Shown here in pieces: positions 30,720 through 40,608 of a DNA stretch of 64,000 nucleotides. The DNA comes from a virus, in the IMG/VR virus record IMGVR_UViG_3300020045_002314, positions 26,193 to 90,192 of that record; one strand, 5' to 3'. A program made the position numbers and the translations under genes. Every line of letters begins with the position of its first letter. The first letter of the stretch is position 1. The notes under the pieces are model-generated. The model had not been told where the DNA came from, did no database searches, and was given only the letters and a program-made list of their open reading frames with translations.

Positions 30720-32124
30720 AATTATTTTTATTTGCTCTACTTAAAGCTACATATAATAATTTATTACGTAATTCTTCTGCTTTAGGATTATAATAATTAT
30801 TCTTAACTAATTTACCATTAGTAAAATAAATAATATCATGTATATCAGTAAATACATTTGTAAATGTACTACCTTGTGATTTATGCGCTGTTATACTATA
30901 GTTATAATTTAAATCTCTATTAGCATATGTAGTTTTACCATGAGGTGTAGATATAGGTATATCAATCATTGTTAGAATACTATTTTTAAAATCATAATAT
31001 TCTTTCCATTTATCACGTCTAGCACCATGTGTAGCTTTAACAGCAGAGGTGTGTAACGTAGTTAATTTATTAGTATATTTAACTAATGATTCATAATGTT
31101 TATGATTTAATACTTGAAATGTATATTGAGTACTTGCAAATTCAGATTTTAATTTAATATAAAATACTTCATAACCATAATCATTAATACCTTTTACTAC
31201 ATTTGTAACTTCATATGTTTCAGAGTTAATTAAAACTAATGTTAGAAAATCATCATATATATTATTATATCCCATTAGTAAATCACCTTTTACTAGTATG
31301 TCAGTTGATTGAGTTATTTCACGTCTTATATCATAAGCGTAGTTATTAACTGTTTCATTCTTCCATGCTATATATTGAAATTCTTTAGGATTAGATGTAA
31401 ACTTTTTATATAATAATGAATTAAAATCTTCTCTATTTAAAATTATTAATCCTTCATTAGTTTCTTTATTATGATATTTAAAAGCATCACAATATGTTAC
31501 TTCCTTTAAGAATGTATCTCTTGATTTCTCAATATCATATCTTAACATTTGTAATAAATCTATTACAGGATTTGTATCTTTTTGTCGAACTATCTCTTTT
31601 AATTCTACACCATTTTCACTAAATGTAGAAGATATAGTTTCATTAATTGGAGGTAATTGATATTTATCTCCTACATATATAATTTTTACATTATATAATC
31701 TAGCTTTAGATTCATTTAATTGTTTAAGACTTCTATTCACTTGTGAACATTCATCTACTACTAATAAGTTAAAGTATTGTATTTGAGGATTACCAAAAGG
31801 GTCAAATTGAGGATTACTAATATCAAAATTAGCTAAATCAGTATTAGGTCTAAGACCATGTAATGAATGTAAAGTTTTACCTGTAAACCCTGTTATCTTT
31901 TCAACAATTCTTACAGCTTTATGAGTAGGAGCAGTTACAGCTATTTTTAAATGACTACATTGATTATTTAAAAATTCATTTAAAACTGTTGTCTTTCCTG
32001 TACCAGCAGAACCACTTAATGTAAATATTAAATTTTTACTTTTTATAAATTCATTAAGTTTTGTGAATGCTGTACGTTGGTCTTGTGTATATGTTATGTT
32101 ACTTTTTAAGTTTAGATTAGCCAT
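30706..32124 (-). CDS. SF1 helicase (Dda/RecD-like)
   Basis: GSAGTGKT, APTHKA, VDECSQ, GDKYQLPP, TAHKSQGSTF, YVALSRA. Confidence 0.9.
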   Translation of the reverse strand: MANLNLKSNITYTQDQRTAFTKLNEFIKSKNLIFTLSGSAGTGKTTVLNEFLNNQCSHLKIAVTAPTHKAVRIVEKITGFTGKTLHSLHGLRPNTDLANFDISNPQFDPFGNPQIQYFNLLVVDECSQVNRSLKQLNESKARLYNVKIIYVGDKYQLPPINETISSTFSENGVELKEIVRQKDTNPVIDLLQMLRYDIEKSRDTFLKEVTYCDAFKYHNKETNEGLIILNREDFNSLLYKKFTSNPKEFQYIAWKNETVNNYAYDIRREITQSTDILVKGDLLMGYNNIYDDFLTLVLINSETYEVTNVVKGINDYGYEVFYIKLKSEFASTQYTFQVLNHKHYESLVKYTNKLTTLHTSAVKATHGARRDKWKEYYDFKNSILTMIDIPISTPHGKTTYANRDLNYNYSITAHKSQGSTFTNVFTDIHDIIYFTNGKLVKNNYYNPKAEELRNKLLYVALSRANKNNYVVI

Positions 32125-32126
32125 AT

Positions 32127-32486
32127 TTAAAATACTTCATTGTTAAAATGTTTAATTAATTGTTTAAAAAAATAAGTAACTGCTAAATCGTAGTTAGTTA
32201 AAATTCTATCTTTGTTATCTTTCATATAACAAACATATTTTGTAGTATCAGTAGGACTTTCTATACCTATTTTGTATTTATCATTATTATACGTATAAAT
32301 AGAATATCCTACTGCGGAAGCAATAATTGTATAACCTAATTGTTCTAAATAATCTATTAAAAAACCTAATTGTACTACAAAGTCTTTATTCAATAAAGTT
32401 TCAGTTTTAATAGAATATTTACTATCTAGGAATAAAGATAAATGAGTATTTACCTTGTCAGATTTTTTAATAATTTCATATTTCAT
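32127..32486 (-). CDS. Hypothetical protein
   Basis: 119-aa ORF. Confidence 0.6.
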   Translation of the reverse strand: MKYEIIKKSDKVNTHLSLFLDSKYSIKTETLLNKDFVVQLGFLIDYLEQLGYTIIASAVGYSIYTYNNDKYKIGIESPTDTTKYVCYMKDNKDRILTNYDLAVTYFFKQLIKHFNNEVF

Positions 32487-32812
32487 TTCTTAACTACATC
32501 ATATTTAGTAACTATATTAAGTTTATTAATTGTAAAACTTACAGTAATACCTGGTTTAATATCAGCCCAATACTTTTGTAAATATGCTATAGCTGATGTA
32601 TTAACACCTGTATTTTCTTTTCTAGTCCATTCTGAATATACTTTATTTTCAGGTCTAGTATATAGAACTTTACTTTTAAGATTTATTATTTCATCAGGTA
32701 ATAAATAAATTGTATTATTAGATGATTTAATATGAAAATTATTATTTAAATATATGACTTTACCTTTTTTTATACTTCCTTTAAGCTCTACTGCATTAAA
32801 TTTAAAGTTCAT
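32483..32812 (-). CDS. Hypothetical protein
   Basis: 109-aa ORF. Confidence 0.6.
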   Translation of the reverse strand: MNFKFNAVELKGSIKKGKVIYLNNNFHIKSSNNTIYLLPDEIINLKSKVLYTRPENKVYSEWTRKENTGVNTSAIAYLQKYWADIKPGITVSFTINKLNIVTKYDVVKK

Positions 32813-32814
32813 AT

Positions 32815-33240
32815 TTATGTTTGATTTTTAAGAACAGCTGTTTGATTTTCTTCAAGCTTTTGATTTATAACATTTGCTATTGATTTAATATCATAATCAT
32901 TACCTGCAATATAAATAATTAATGCAAATAATATTTTACTTATTTCAAATGTTTTATTTAAATCAGTTACACTTAAAGCTAATTCTTTAGCGTGTTCAAG
33001 GTTTTTCAACTTATCTTCATCTGATAGATAGGATAATAAAATTGTTGCTTTATCAACTAAATCTTCATAATAAGATATATTTACATTTAAAACAAAAGAA
33101 GTTTGTAAATTAATTATTAATACTGAAGTTAAATTATTACGTTGTGTCATAATTATTGCTTCTTCTAATGTAGAATATTTACAAACTTCTTCATTTTCTT
33201 TATGTAATTCTAATGTTTCTTTTAATAAAATTATATACAT
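32815..33240 (-). CDS. Hypothetical protein
   Basis: 141-aa ORF. Confidence 0.6.
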   Translation of the reverse strand: MYIILLKETLELHKENEEVCKYSTLEEAIIMTQRNNLTSVLIINLQTSFVLNVNISYYEDLVDKATILLSYLSDEDKLKNLEHAKELALSVTDLNKTFEISKILFALIIYIAGNDYDIKSIANVINQKLEENQTAVLKNQT

Positions 33241-33689
33241 TTTTTTATTATTATTTGTCCATTACCATTATATAAATACATACCTTCTGATATTAATAAA
33301 TCTATACTATGTTTGTATCGTTTATTCATAATATCATGAATTATATATTTACCATCGTAAATCCATGTTCCTGTTAATTCAATAGTATCTCCATAATTAA
33401 ATCCTTGTTTTAACAAATCTCTACTTATAGCACACCATTTATTTGAAAAAGGGTCGTCTTTAATTATACTACCATCAGCTGTTATATTAGGTGTATTATC
33501 ACATTGCCAAACTGTAGGATAATAAACTGATACATCAACATTTAAAGTATCTGTAATAATATTAGATAATTTACCTTCTATATTTACCACACCAACTTCC
33601 TTGTCCATAGGTAATACGTAAAAGGAAAGCCATATTAATATACTTCCTATACTCAGTATCATTAAGATTTTCAATATTGTTTGTTTCAT
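33231..33689 (-). CDS. Membrane-anchored 3D-domain (MltA-like) cell-wall protein
   Basis: Probable start MKQTILK followed by a TM helix; YYP...CD..P.ITADG, AISRDL, YGD, DIMNKRY...IDL (three-Asp 3D pattern). Confidence 0.75.
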   Translation of the reverse strand: MKQTILKILMILSIGSILIWLSFYVLPMDKEVGVVNIEGKLSNIITDTLNVDVSVYYPTVWQCDNTPNITADGSIIKDDPFSNKWCAISRDLLKQGFNYGDTIELTGTWIYDGKYIIHDIMNKRYKHSIDLLISEGMYLYNGNGQIIIKKCI

Positions 33690-34083
33690 GTTCTTGATAT
33701 TTAATTGATATTGCTCTATATAAAATTCCATTAAATCTATAAATACTTCCTATTAAAACATCTTTATGTGTTTCTTTAGTCATATAATTATAATCAAAAC
33801 GATAACCATTTGATTTTCTTTTATAACTATAAGTACGATTATCGAAATATCTATAACTACGGTTAGTTCGTATTTTGTTTACACTTTTATATGTAACTGT
33901 ACGATAATGTTTACTAATTTTACGACTTCCACCACCATTACAACTATTAGATTGTTCTATATAATAAGGTTCTATATATAATTTCTTATCAACTATAATA
34001 GGTTTATTATAACGATATGGAATAAATCGTACAGTTGCTTTAGAACTATACGATTTATCCAATGGTCTAAAGTTCTGACCCAT
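33571..34083 (-). CDS. Basic hypothetical protein
   Basis: 170 aa; 3' end overlaps the next gene by ~120 nt. Confidence 0.45.
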   Translation of the reverse strand: MGQNFRPLDKSYSSKATVRFIPYRYNKPIIVDKKLYIEPYYIEQSNSCNGGGSRKISKHYRTVTYKSVNKIRTNRSYRYFDNRTYSYKRKSNGYRFDYNYMTKETHKDVLIGSIYRFNGILYRAISIKYQEHETNNIENLNDTEYRKYINMAFLLRITYGQGSWCGKYRR

Positions 34084-34085
34084 AT

Positions 34086-34634
34086 TTATATTTTCTTATG
34101 AGTTATTACTTTAGGATTTAATAGTTTTTCTTTCTTATATCGTTTCTTTAATTGACCTGATTTAGTTGTGTACCATACACCTTCATCTTTCTTACCATCA
34201 CGTATTTTAATATGGTTAACAACTTGTTTAGTTTTTTGAAAACCTTTTAATTCAGATTCAGGTTTATTATGTTTACGACTATATTGTTCACTAGGAACTG
34301 TATAATTACAAGGTTCTGTTACTTCAACACCTTCACTATTCATAAAAGTTCTACTAAACTTAACTTCAAAGCCTTGTTTATATCTTTCATAAATATCACG
34401 ATATGTAAATTGTAATTCATTATCAGGAGTACCACCTACATTTAACTTAGCTTTAATTAATTCTAATTTAGTTAAACATTCTATTACACCTGTTTTAATA
34501 TTACATATATAAAATTTTTTATTTTTATCTTTAATAAAAACTTCATGTATATTATCTACATTAGGCATTTCAACTTCCATTGTTTCACTAGTAGTTTCTA
34601 CTTCTTGAGTAGTTTCTAAATCTTGTTTTTCCAT
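34086..34634 (-). CDS. Hypothetical protein
   Basis: 182 aa with acidic N-terminus and basic C-terminus. Confidence 0.6.
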   Translation of the reverse strand: MEKQDLETTQEVETTSETMEVEMPNVDNIHEVFIKDKNKKFYICNIKTGVIECLTKLELIKAKLNVGGTPDNELQFTYRDIYERYKQGFEVKFSRTFMNSEGVEVTEPCNYTVPSEQYSRKHNKPESELKGFQKTKQVVNHIKIRDGKKDEGVWYTTKSGQLKKRYKKEKLLNPKVITHKKI

Positions 34635-34651
34635 TGTTTTAAATTTAATTA

Positions 34652-34789
34652 TTAATTACACATTTCTATTAATTCTAATACATAGTCAGGTTCTAATCCT
34701 TGTTCGTATAAAACATTTTCAGGATTCTCACCATTTTCTACATCTTCAATCATGTTATTTAATATTTCATCTACTATTTCAGGATTCAT
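34652..34789 (-). CDS. Small acidic protein (45 aa, not in ORF track)
   Basis: MNPEIVDEILNNMIEDVENGENPENVLYEQGLEPDYVLELIEMCN; starts 1 nt after the upstream stop and fills the gap exactly. Confidence 0.7.
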   Translation of the reverse strand: MNPEIVDEILNNMIEDVENGENPENVLYEQGLEPDYVLELIEMCN

Positions 34790-34790
34790 A

Positions 34791-35846
34791 TTATTTTGAT
34801 TTAATAAAGCTTCTCTTAGTTTCATATTCTGATTTTAATTTTTTAATAATTATATTAATATCTTCTTTTAATTCATTATTAGAATAATATTTATTTTTAA
34901 GTTCTTTAAGTAATGTAAAAATACTTTTACGTTTAGCTTTAAGTTCTTTTTCTTTAATTATTGTTCTTCTTGATACAGGTTTATTATGAATTTTATGTTT
35001 CTTTAAAGCATTAATAATAGTATTATTATGTAATAAAGTTTTTGTTTCTTTATGTACAAATACTGTATTACCATCTATAATCTTTTTATTATATTCTTTT
35101 GCTTTATCTTCTGTTACATTTTCAATATATTTAGTATCGTCATACGTAGTATCTTGATGTTTCCATTCATACTTTTCATTAAGTTTAGAAGTATGATATG
35201 TAACATCCCAACTTTGAGGAAGACATCTATCTCTATCTAAAGGTAGTTGACTAGGTTTAATATTATAACTTTTAGATAATACATCAAGGTTACACACAAA
35301 TAAATTACCTGAATATAAATTTCCTTTAGGTTTATTTACTATACTACCATGATAATTATCACTATATATAATATCTTCTTTTGTAATAATATTATTAATA
35401 AAATTATAATATTCTTCTTTTTTACAAGTAAAAGTTGTTACAAAATTATTATAATTATTTTCATTTTTAATATATACTATTTCTAAAGTATTACCTATAT
35501 TTGTATCTTCTTTTAATCTAGGATATAATATAAAATTTTTAGTATAAATATTCATACTATATCCTAATCTTAAAAATATAAGAAATGCTAATTTTAAACC
35601 TTCTCCATGATGTCCTATAGCATCAACATTACCATTTTTATTAGAATTACCAATACGCAAAAACTCTAATGAATTAGGGATATAAGAATTAAGAATAGCT
35701 ACTTTAATCATATCATTTGGTAATAATTTTACTTTAGTTGTATAAATACCATAATCCATATAATTTTGATATATTTCTCTTAATGCTTCATTTATACCCC
35801 ATTTAGGTAAATATTCTATTCCAAAGCCATAATTAATAGTATTCAT
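34791..35846 (-). CDS. GHKL/MORC-like ATPase-domain protein
   Basis: EALREIYQNYMD (N-box), IGNSNK, IGHHGEGLK (G-box). Confidence 0.7.
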   Translation of the reverse strand: MNTINYGFGIEYLPKWGINEALREIYQNYMDYGIYTTKVKLLPNDMIKVAILNSYIPNSLEFLRIGNSNKNGNVDAIGHHGEGLKLAFLIFLRLGYSMNIYTKNFILYPRLKEDTNIGNTLEIVYIKNENNYNNFVTTFTCKKEEYYNFINNIITKEDIIYSDNYHGSIVNKPKGNLYSGNLFVCNLDVLSKSYNIKPSQLPLDRDRCLPQSWDVTYHTSKLNEKYEWKHQDTTYDDTKYIENVTEDKAKEYNKKIIDGNTVFVHKETKTLLHNNTIINALKKHKIHNKPVSRRTIIKEKELKAKRKSIFTLLKELKNKYYSNNELKEDINIIIKKLKSEYETKRSFIKSK

Positions 35847-35849
35847 AAT

Positions 35850-36941
35850 TTAATCAATTTTAATATTATCAAAAATACCTACATATCTACTTTGAAATTC
35901 CTTTAACATCGGAATCATTATCTCTCTCATTTGAGGATGTGCTGCTTTACTTGTACGTTGTGTAAATATATGATGCCATTCTTGTAAATTAGCAATCATA
36001 TTAATTTCAGTTTTAAGAGAATTAGGAAGTACACTTCTAGCTATTTGAGGAGGTTCACCTGCTGCAATTAATTTATTATAAGCAATTTCACAATAAGTTA
36101 TTGTATCTAACCATATATTTAAACTTTCTAATGGGTTTTTTAAATGAGGATAAATATCAATATATCCAACTTCACCTATTTTACCATCTTCGCTATAATT
36201 ACAATATCTAGTAGATTCTTGTGCATATCCAACAGGACGATGTCTTACTAATTCATGACTAACTCCCCTATCACAAGTAATAAGATAATGTTCTCTTATA
36301 TGATGTACTGTTTCAAATATAGATAAATCATCAGTAGATATAAGTACTATACTATTTCCTAATTTTTCAGTATTATATTCAACTATTTCATATAAATCTT
36401 CAAAAAGAAATTTATAATTACTATATAATAAATGAAATAATTCAATATCATATAATTCTACATTGTTAGTTTTAATAAAATATTTAAAATATTCTCTATA
36501 AGTTCTAATACTAGCAGATATTAAATATCTATTTTTAAATTCATCGTATGTAAATGTAAAATATTTAGAATTAATTTCTTCTATATCTAATTCATTTTCT
36601 AAATAGTTAGTAAATTGCATATCATTGATTATAATATCATAATATTCTTTAGGTAAAGAAATAATGGGATGATATCCAAATTCAAGAACTGCTAAATGTC
36701 CCCTATCTATAATAGTATTTTTAAGTAGTTTACGACCACTAATAGCATTTTTAATAAAAGGTACAACTGTAGTAAAATCAGCATCTGTAATTCTACCTTC
36801 CCAATCATCTACTTCTCCAATACATTCAAACTTACCTTCTGACTTATAACAAGTTCTTGCAGCTTGTTCAATATTTACTATCATACCTTCTTCATAATCT
36901 AGAAGAGGTATATGTTGAAATTTAGGTTTTATTAATTTCAT
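35850..36941 (-). CDS. thyX: FAD-dependent thymidylate synthase
   Basis: AARTCYKS, GH.AVLEF, SHELVRHR...QESTRY, ARSVLPN, AHPQMRE. Confidence 0.95.
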   Translation of the reverse strand: MKLIKPKFQHIPLLDYEEGMIVNIEQAARTCYKSEGKFECIGEVDDWEGRITDADFTTVVPFIKNAISGRKLLKNTIIDRGHLAVLEFGYHPIISLPKEYYDIIINDMQFTNYLENELDIEEINSKYFTFTYDEFKNRYLISASIRTYREYFKYFIKTNNVELYDIELFHLLYSNYKFLFEDLYEIVEYNTEKLGNSIVLISTDDLSIFETVHHIREHYLITCDRGVSHELVRHRPVGYAQESTRYCNYSEDGKIGEVGYIDIYPHLKNPLESLNIWLDTITYCEIAYNKLIAAGEPPQIARSVLPNSLKTEINMIANLQEWHHIFTQRTSKAAHPQMREIMIPMLKEFQSRYVGIFDNIKID

Positions 36942-36958
36942 TTTTTTATTTATTAAAT

Positions 36959-37234
36959 TTAAACTTCTTTACTTAAAATATAAGAATTATATTCTTGTTC
37001 AATAGGCACTTTAATAACTTTTAAAGTATTTAGACTAGATTCTAAATATAATATTTTAGCATCATTAGATAAAAATTCTATACGTCCACATAATTCTTTA
37101 GCTATTGAACTATAAGGTGACTTGTTATTTTTAAGTCTATCTAAATCTTCTTCAAGTTGTGCTATAGCTTTATTTAAATTTTCTAAATTACTATTTAGTT
37201 TATTTATATATTCTAATTTTTCTTTTGTAATCAT
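36959..37234 (-). CDS. Hypothetical coiled-coil protein
   Basis: 91-aa ORF. Confidence 0.55.
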   Translation of the reverse strand: MITKEKLEYINKLNSNLENLNKAIAQLEEDLDRLKNNKSPYSSIAKELCGRIEFLSNDAKILYLESSLNTLKVIKVPIEQEYNSYILSKEV

Positions 37235-37242
37235 TTTTATTT

Positions 37243-37893
37243 TTATTTAAGTTTCCAATTATGATTAATTAAATCATCTTTAGTTATATAACATTGTGGG
37301 TTATTAACCATTAATTTTACAAGATATTCATTATTATTTAAAACAGAATAAATAAGTAATTCATTAGAATCATCGTCGATATCCACTATTATATTATTTT
37401 TATATAAGTTTTGATTTGAATATATAATGAAAGGTTTACGATACAAACCTAAATTTAAAGTTTCATCTTTAGTTGTAATTTTTATAATATGTTCAATATT
37501 ATGAATAGAAGATTTAATATCTAATGTTTTAATAAGTTGTATAAATTTACCATCATCTGAATTAACAAAATAATCAAAATAATTATTATTATTATACCAT
37601 TGGTGCATCCATGATTTATTAATAACAGATAAACTAATAAACATTATATTGTGTTCTTTAGCATACTTTTCACATTCTAATAATAATGTATTTCCAATAC
37701 CTTGTCTTTGAAAATCTTCATATACATATAAATCACTAATCCATATAGAATTAGGACTATTATCATATAATGTAAGTTTAACAATTCCTAAAGTTATTAA
37801 TAAAACAGTATCTAAATATGTAATATAAATATATTTATTATTATCATCATTAAATTTACATTCTAGGATATTTATTTTAGTATTTCGTTTCAT
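37243..37893 (-). CDS. GNAT-family acetyltransferase
   Basis: ISDLYV.EDFQRQGIGNTLL (acetyl-CoA-binding motif A). Confidence 0.8.
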   Translation of the reverse strand: MKRNTKINILECKFNDDNNKYIYITYLDTVLLITLGIVKLTLYDNSPNSIWISDLYVYEDFQRQGIGNTLLLECEKYAKEHNIMFISLSVINKSWMHQWYNNNNYFDYFVNSDDGKFIQLIKTLDIKSSIHNIEHIIKITTKDETLNLGLYRKPFIIYSNQNLYKNNIIVDIDDDSNELLIYSVLNNNEYLVKLMVNNPQCYITKDDLINHNWKLK

Positions 37894-38909
37894 ATTATTT
37901 TTTCTGTAATTAATATTAATTTAACAGCTTCGATTAATTCTTCAATAGTACCATTATTATCAATAGTATAATCAAAATCATAATTATCTAAAGCTGTTTC
38001 AGATTCATGAGAACTTCTTATTAAATGTACATCATCAGCATAAGATTTAAAGATTCTTTCTCCTGTATCTTTAAGAATTTCTTTTTCTAATTCTAACCAT
38101 GTATAAGTATCTCCTAAATATGTATATAGAGGTCTATTAACTCTAATTATAATCCCATCTCTATCTTTAATAGCTTTAGCTTCATTTTCAAAACGACAAT
38201 CTGTAATAATCCAATTATCTTTAGGAGTATCAACACCATATCCGTCTACAACTCTTCCACAATGTTCACAAAAATGGTCTTTAATACCTGGTGTATAATC
38301 AATACGTTTGTTACAGTTAGAACACCTATAGTAAGAATCTTCATACTGATTCATCAACGCATTAACCCAAATATTAGGATGAATTATATTTCTACCACAT
38401 TCAGTTCCTAATAATTGAAGTAAAAGTCTAGGTGTTAATATTTCTTTTGTTACAAGAGATTCACTAAGAGATAATGAAAATTCTTTATGACTATCTTTAT
38501 AAAAAGTAGCATCGTTAATATTACTAAATAAAGGAGTTATTCTTCTATTATAATAACTATCCATACCTTTATAACCACCTTTATAATAATAAACTGCCCA
38601 TTCTTCACCTAATTCTTTATTCTTAAAATCAATATCTTCTAATTGTTCTCTAGTACATCCTGTTAAAAGACATACTATATCTTTAAGAGTATCTGCAAAT
38701 TTATATATTTGCCAATTAGACTTAATGGATAATTGCCCTATTACAAAACCATTAGTATTATTAAGTTTAAGAAATTCTTCAATTGGGTATGGTTCACCAC
38801 AATTATTAACTGGATTTCTCCATGTATAATAATCATTAGTAAGATATTGTATAATCTTACCTACTGTATCTTTTCCTGAACCTATTTTTCCACTTATTCC
38901 TATTATCAT
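37890..38909 (-). CDS. Deoxynucleoside monophosphate kinase
   Basis: GISGKIGSGKDT, FADTLK, R.LLQ.LGTE.GR, ITDCRFENE, H.SE..LD. Confidence 0.9.
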   Translation of the reverse strand: MIIGISGKIGSGKDTVGKIIQYLTNDYYTWRNPVNNCGEPYPIEEFLKLNNTNGFVIGQLSIKSNWQIYKFADTLKDIVCLLTGCTREQLEDIDFKNKELGEEWAVYYYKGGYKGMDSYYNRRITPLFSNINDATFYKDSHKEFSLSLSESLVTKEILTPRLLLQLLGTECGRNIIHPNIWVNALMNQYEDSYYRCSNCNKRIDYTPGIKDHFCEHCGRVVDGYGVDTPKDNWIITDCRFENEAKAIKDRDGIIIRVNRPLYTYLGDTYTWLELEKEILKDTGERIFKSYADDVHLIRSSHESETALDNYDFDYTIDNNGTIEELIEAVKLILITEKII

Positions 38910-38921
38910 ATTATAATCTCC

Positions 38922-39326
38922 TTATGTATTTTTAGTTAAATCTAATTTATTAATTTGTTTATTTTTAATTCTTTCTTGAATTAAGTTATAAATATCTTCA
39001 CCAGTCCAATCAGGATTAAATCCTAATGCTGTATCATCTATAAGTAAATCCCAATAAGGTTTAACAGGATTAAATATAGTTGATGGATTAATGTTAGTAT
39101 TAATAGTATCATATTGAACTCCATTATTTTCTAATGAATTAATCATTTTATGATAAGCATTAAAAGCTGCTACATTATTTGTAGCTCTACAACTATATAT
39201 AATTATAAAATGACCTTCATCTGAAAGTGCATTAATACAATCTACAATACCTTCTCTATATTGTCCACAATGAGGATATAAGTTTTCTTTAGTTATTGTA
39301 CCATCAAAATCAAAAGCTAGTATCAT
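38922..39326 (-). CDS. HAD-superfamily hydrolase (BT0820-like)
   Basis: AFDFDGTI, IIYSCR, KP..DL.IDD. Confidence 0.8.
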   Translation of the reverse strand: MILAFDFDGTITKENLYPHCGQYREGIVDCINALSDEGHFIIIYSCRATNNVAAFNAYHKMINSLENNGVQYDTINTNINPSTIFNPVKPYWDLLIDDTALGFNPDWTGEDIYNLIQERIKNKQINKLDLTKNT

Positions 39327-39351
39327 TATTAATATTTTTAAAATTAAAAAT

Positions 39352-39378
39352 AAAAGGTAGAGAATTAACTCTACCTTT
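39352..39378 (-). terminator. Intrinsic terminator
   Basis: AAAGGTAGAG-aattaa-CTCTACCTTT hairpin with T tract. Confidence 0.8.
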
Positions 39379-39379
39379 A

Positions 39380-39500
39380 TTACAACTTATATAGAATTAA
39401 TTAGAATCTTAATTAATTCCTTGATTATCTATTAGTTTCCCAATAATAGAAAGTATCACTAGTAGTTGTCAAACTAGTACAGTTTACTAACTGCGCAAAA
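39380..39500 (-). ncRNA. Candidate small structured RNA or 3'-UTR element
   Basis: Four consecutive hairpins in an ORF-free gap, followed by a terminator. Confidence 0.35.
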
Positions 39501-39505
39501 TATCT

Positions 39506-39685
39506 TTATTTAGTAAAAGTATTAATAGCATTACTATCTATTTCTTCTATTGTATATTGTATACCATAAGAATATTTAAGTAAATAATAATTTCCATTTT
39601 TATCTTTTACAACTTTACCATTATGTTCTTTATGGCAACTATAAAGTAAAGAACTTATAACTATTAAAAATATTAGCTTTTTCAT
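39506..39685 (-). CDS. Small lipoprotein (59 aa, not in ORF track)
   Basis: MKKLIFLIVISSLLYSC-HKEHNGK...; lipobox-like Cys after a hydrophobic stretch. Confidence 0.7.
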   Translation of the reverse strand: MKKLIFLIVISSLLYSCHKEHNGKVVKDKNGNYYLLKYSYGIQYTIEEIDSNAINTFTK

Positions 39686-39695
39686 GTTATTAATG

Positions 39696-40025
39696 TTAAG
39701 TGTTTAATCCATTTTGTTTAGCATATTCAAGTAATAAATTATATTTATATAAACTTAATTTATTAATACTTAAACTCATCTTTTGTTCAGGTATATTATG
39801 CATACACCAATTATGAAAAGAATAATAATGAGTATCTTTCCATTCAAGTAGTTTATAATATTCATCAGCATTTACTAGAATACCTGATAATAAAGTTTTA
39901 TTCATAGGTTTTAAATTATTTTTATAAATGTATTTTCTTTTTGTAGTTTTATTAAAAGCAGATATAATACAACTATTGATATTATCTAATTTTATCTTTC
40001 TTAAATCTCCAATATCATCAGTCAT
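39696..40025 (-). CDS. Hypothetical protein
   Basis: 109-aa ORF. Confidence 0.55.
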   Translation of the reverse strand: MTDDIGDLRKIKLDNINSCIISAFNKTTKRKYIYKNNLKPMNKTLLSGILVNADEYYKLLEWKDTHYYSFHNWCMHNIPEQKMSLSINKLSLYKYNLLLEYAKQNGLNT

Positions 40026-40026
40026 A

Positions 40027-40311
40027 TTATTTAGATTTATTAAATTTATACTTTTTAAATCTTTTATTAGTTAATATACTTAACATTATAGGAGGATATT
40101 CACTTTTTGTAAGATTTTCAATAGTAAATATCATACCTTTACCAGCAGGAGATACAAATTCTTCACGATTACCTAATGTAATAGGTTTTATAATACGTGT
40201 AGAATTAGTTTCATTAAGTTTAATTAATTCAATTATATTAGGATTAGTAAAGCAAACTTTACCTAAGTAAGTAGCACCTATAATCCCTACTTTAATATTA
40301 TCTTCTTCCAT
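40027..40311 (-). CDS. Hypothetical protein
   Basis: 94-aa ORF. Confidence 0.55.
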   Translation of the reverse strand: MEEDNIKVGIIGATYLGKVCFTNPNIIELIKLNETNSTRIIKPITLGNREEFVSPAGKGMIFTIENLTKSEYPPIMLSILTNKRFKKYKFNKSK

Positions 40312-40316
40312 AAGTT

Positions 40317-40547
40317 TTAAATTTTGATTATTACTTTAATAGGATAATTATAAGGTTCTATTAATTTTTGTATTATTCTTGGTTTAGAAAATACAAATAT
40401 TCTTTTATCTGCAATTCTTTTAATCTTTTGAATAGCTTTAATACGCTTTAATAACTTTAAAACTTTATCTTCATCCATAGTTCCTTCATAACTAATTATC
40501 TTAGATTCTATAGTTAAATGAATTTTAGGCTTAACTTTCTTTTTCAT
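40317..40547 (-). CDS. Small basic hypothetical protein
   Basis: 76-aa Lys-rich ORF. Confidence 0.5.
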   Translation of the reverse strand: MKKKVKPKIHLTIESKIISYEGTMDEDKVLKLLKRIKAIQKIKRIADKRIFVFSKPRIIQKLIEPYNYPIKVIIKI

Positions 40548-40577
40548 ATATTAAATATATAATTAATTATTTATATT

Positions 40578-40608
40578 TAAAAGGGGACTACTATCTTCAT
40601 CCCCTTTA
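40578..40608 (-). terminator. Terminator closing the tmRNA coding piece
   Basis: AAAGGGGA...TCCCCTTTT hairpin a few nt after the tag stop codon. Confidence 0.8.
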
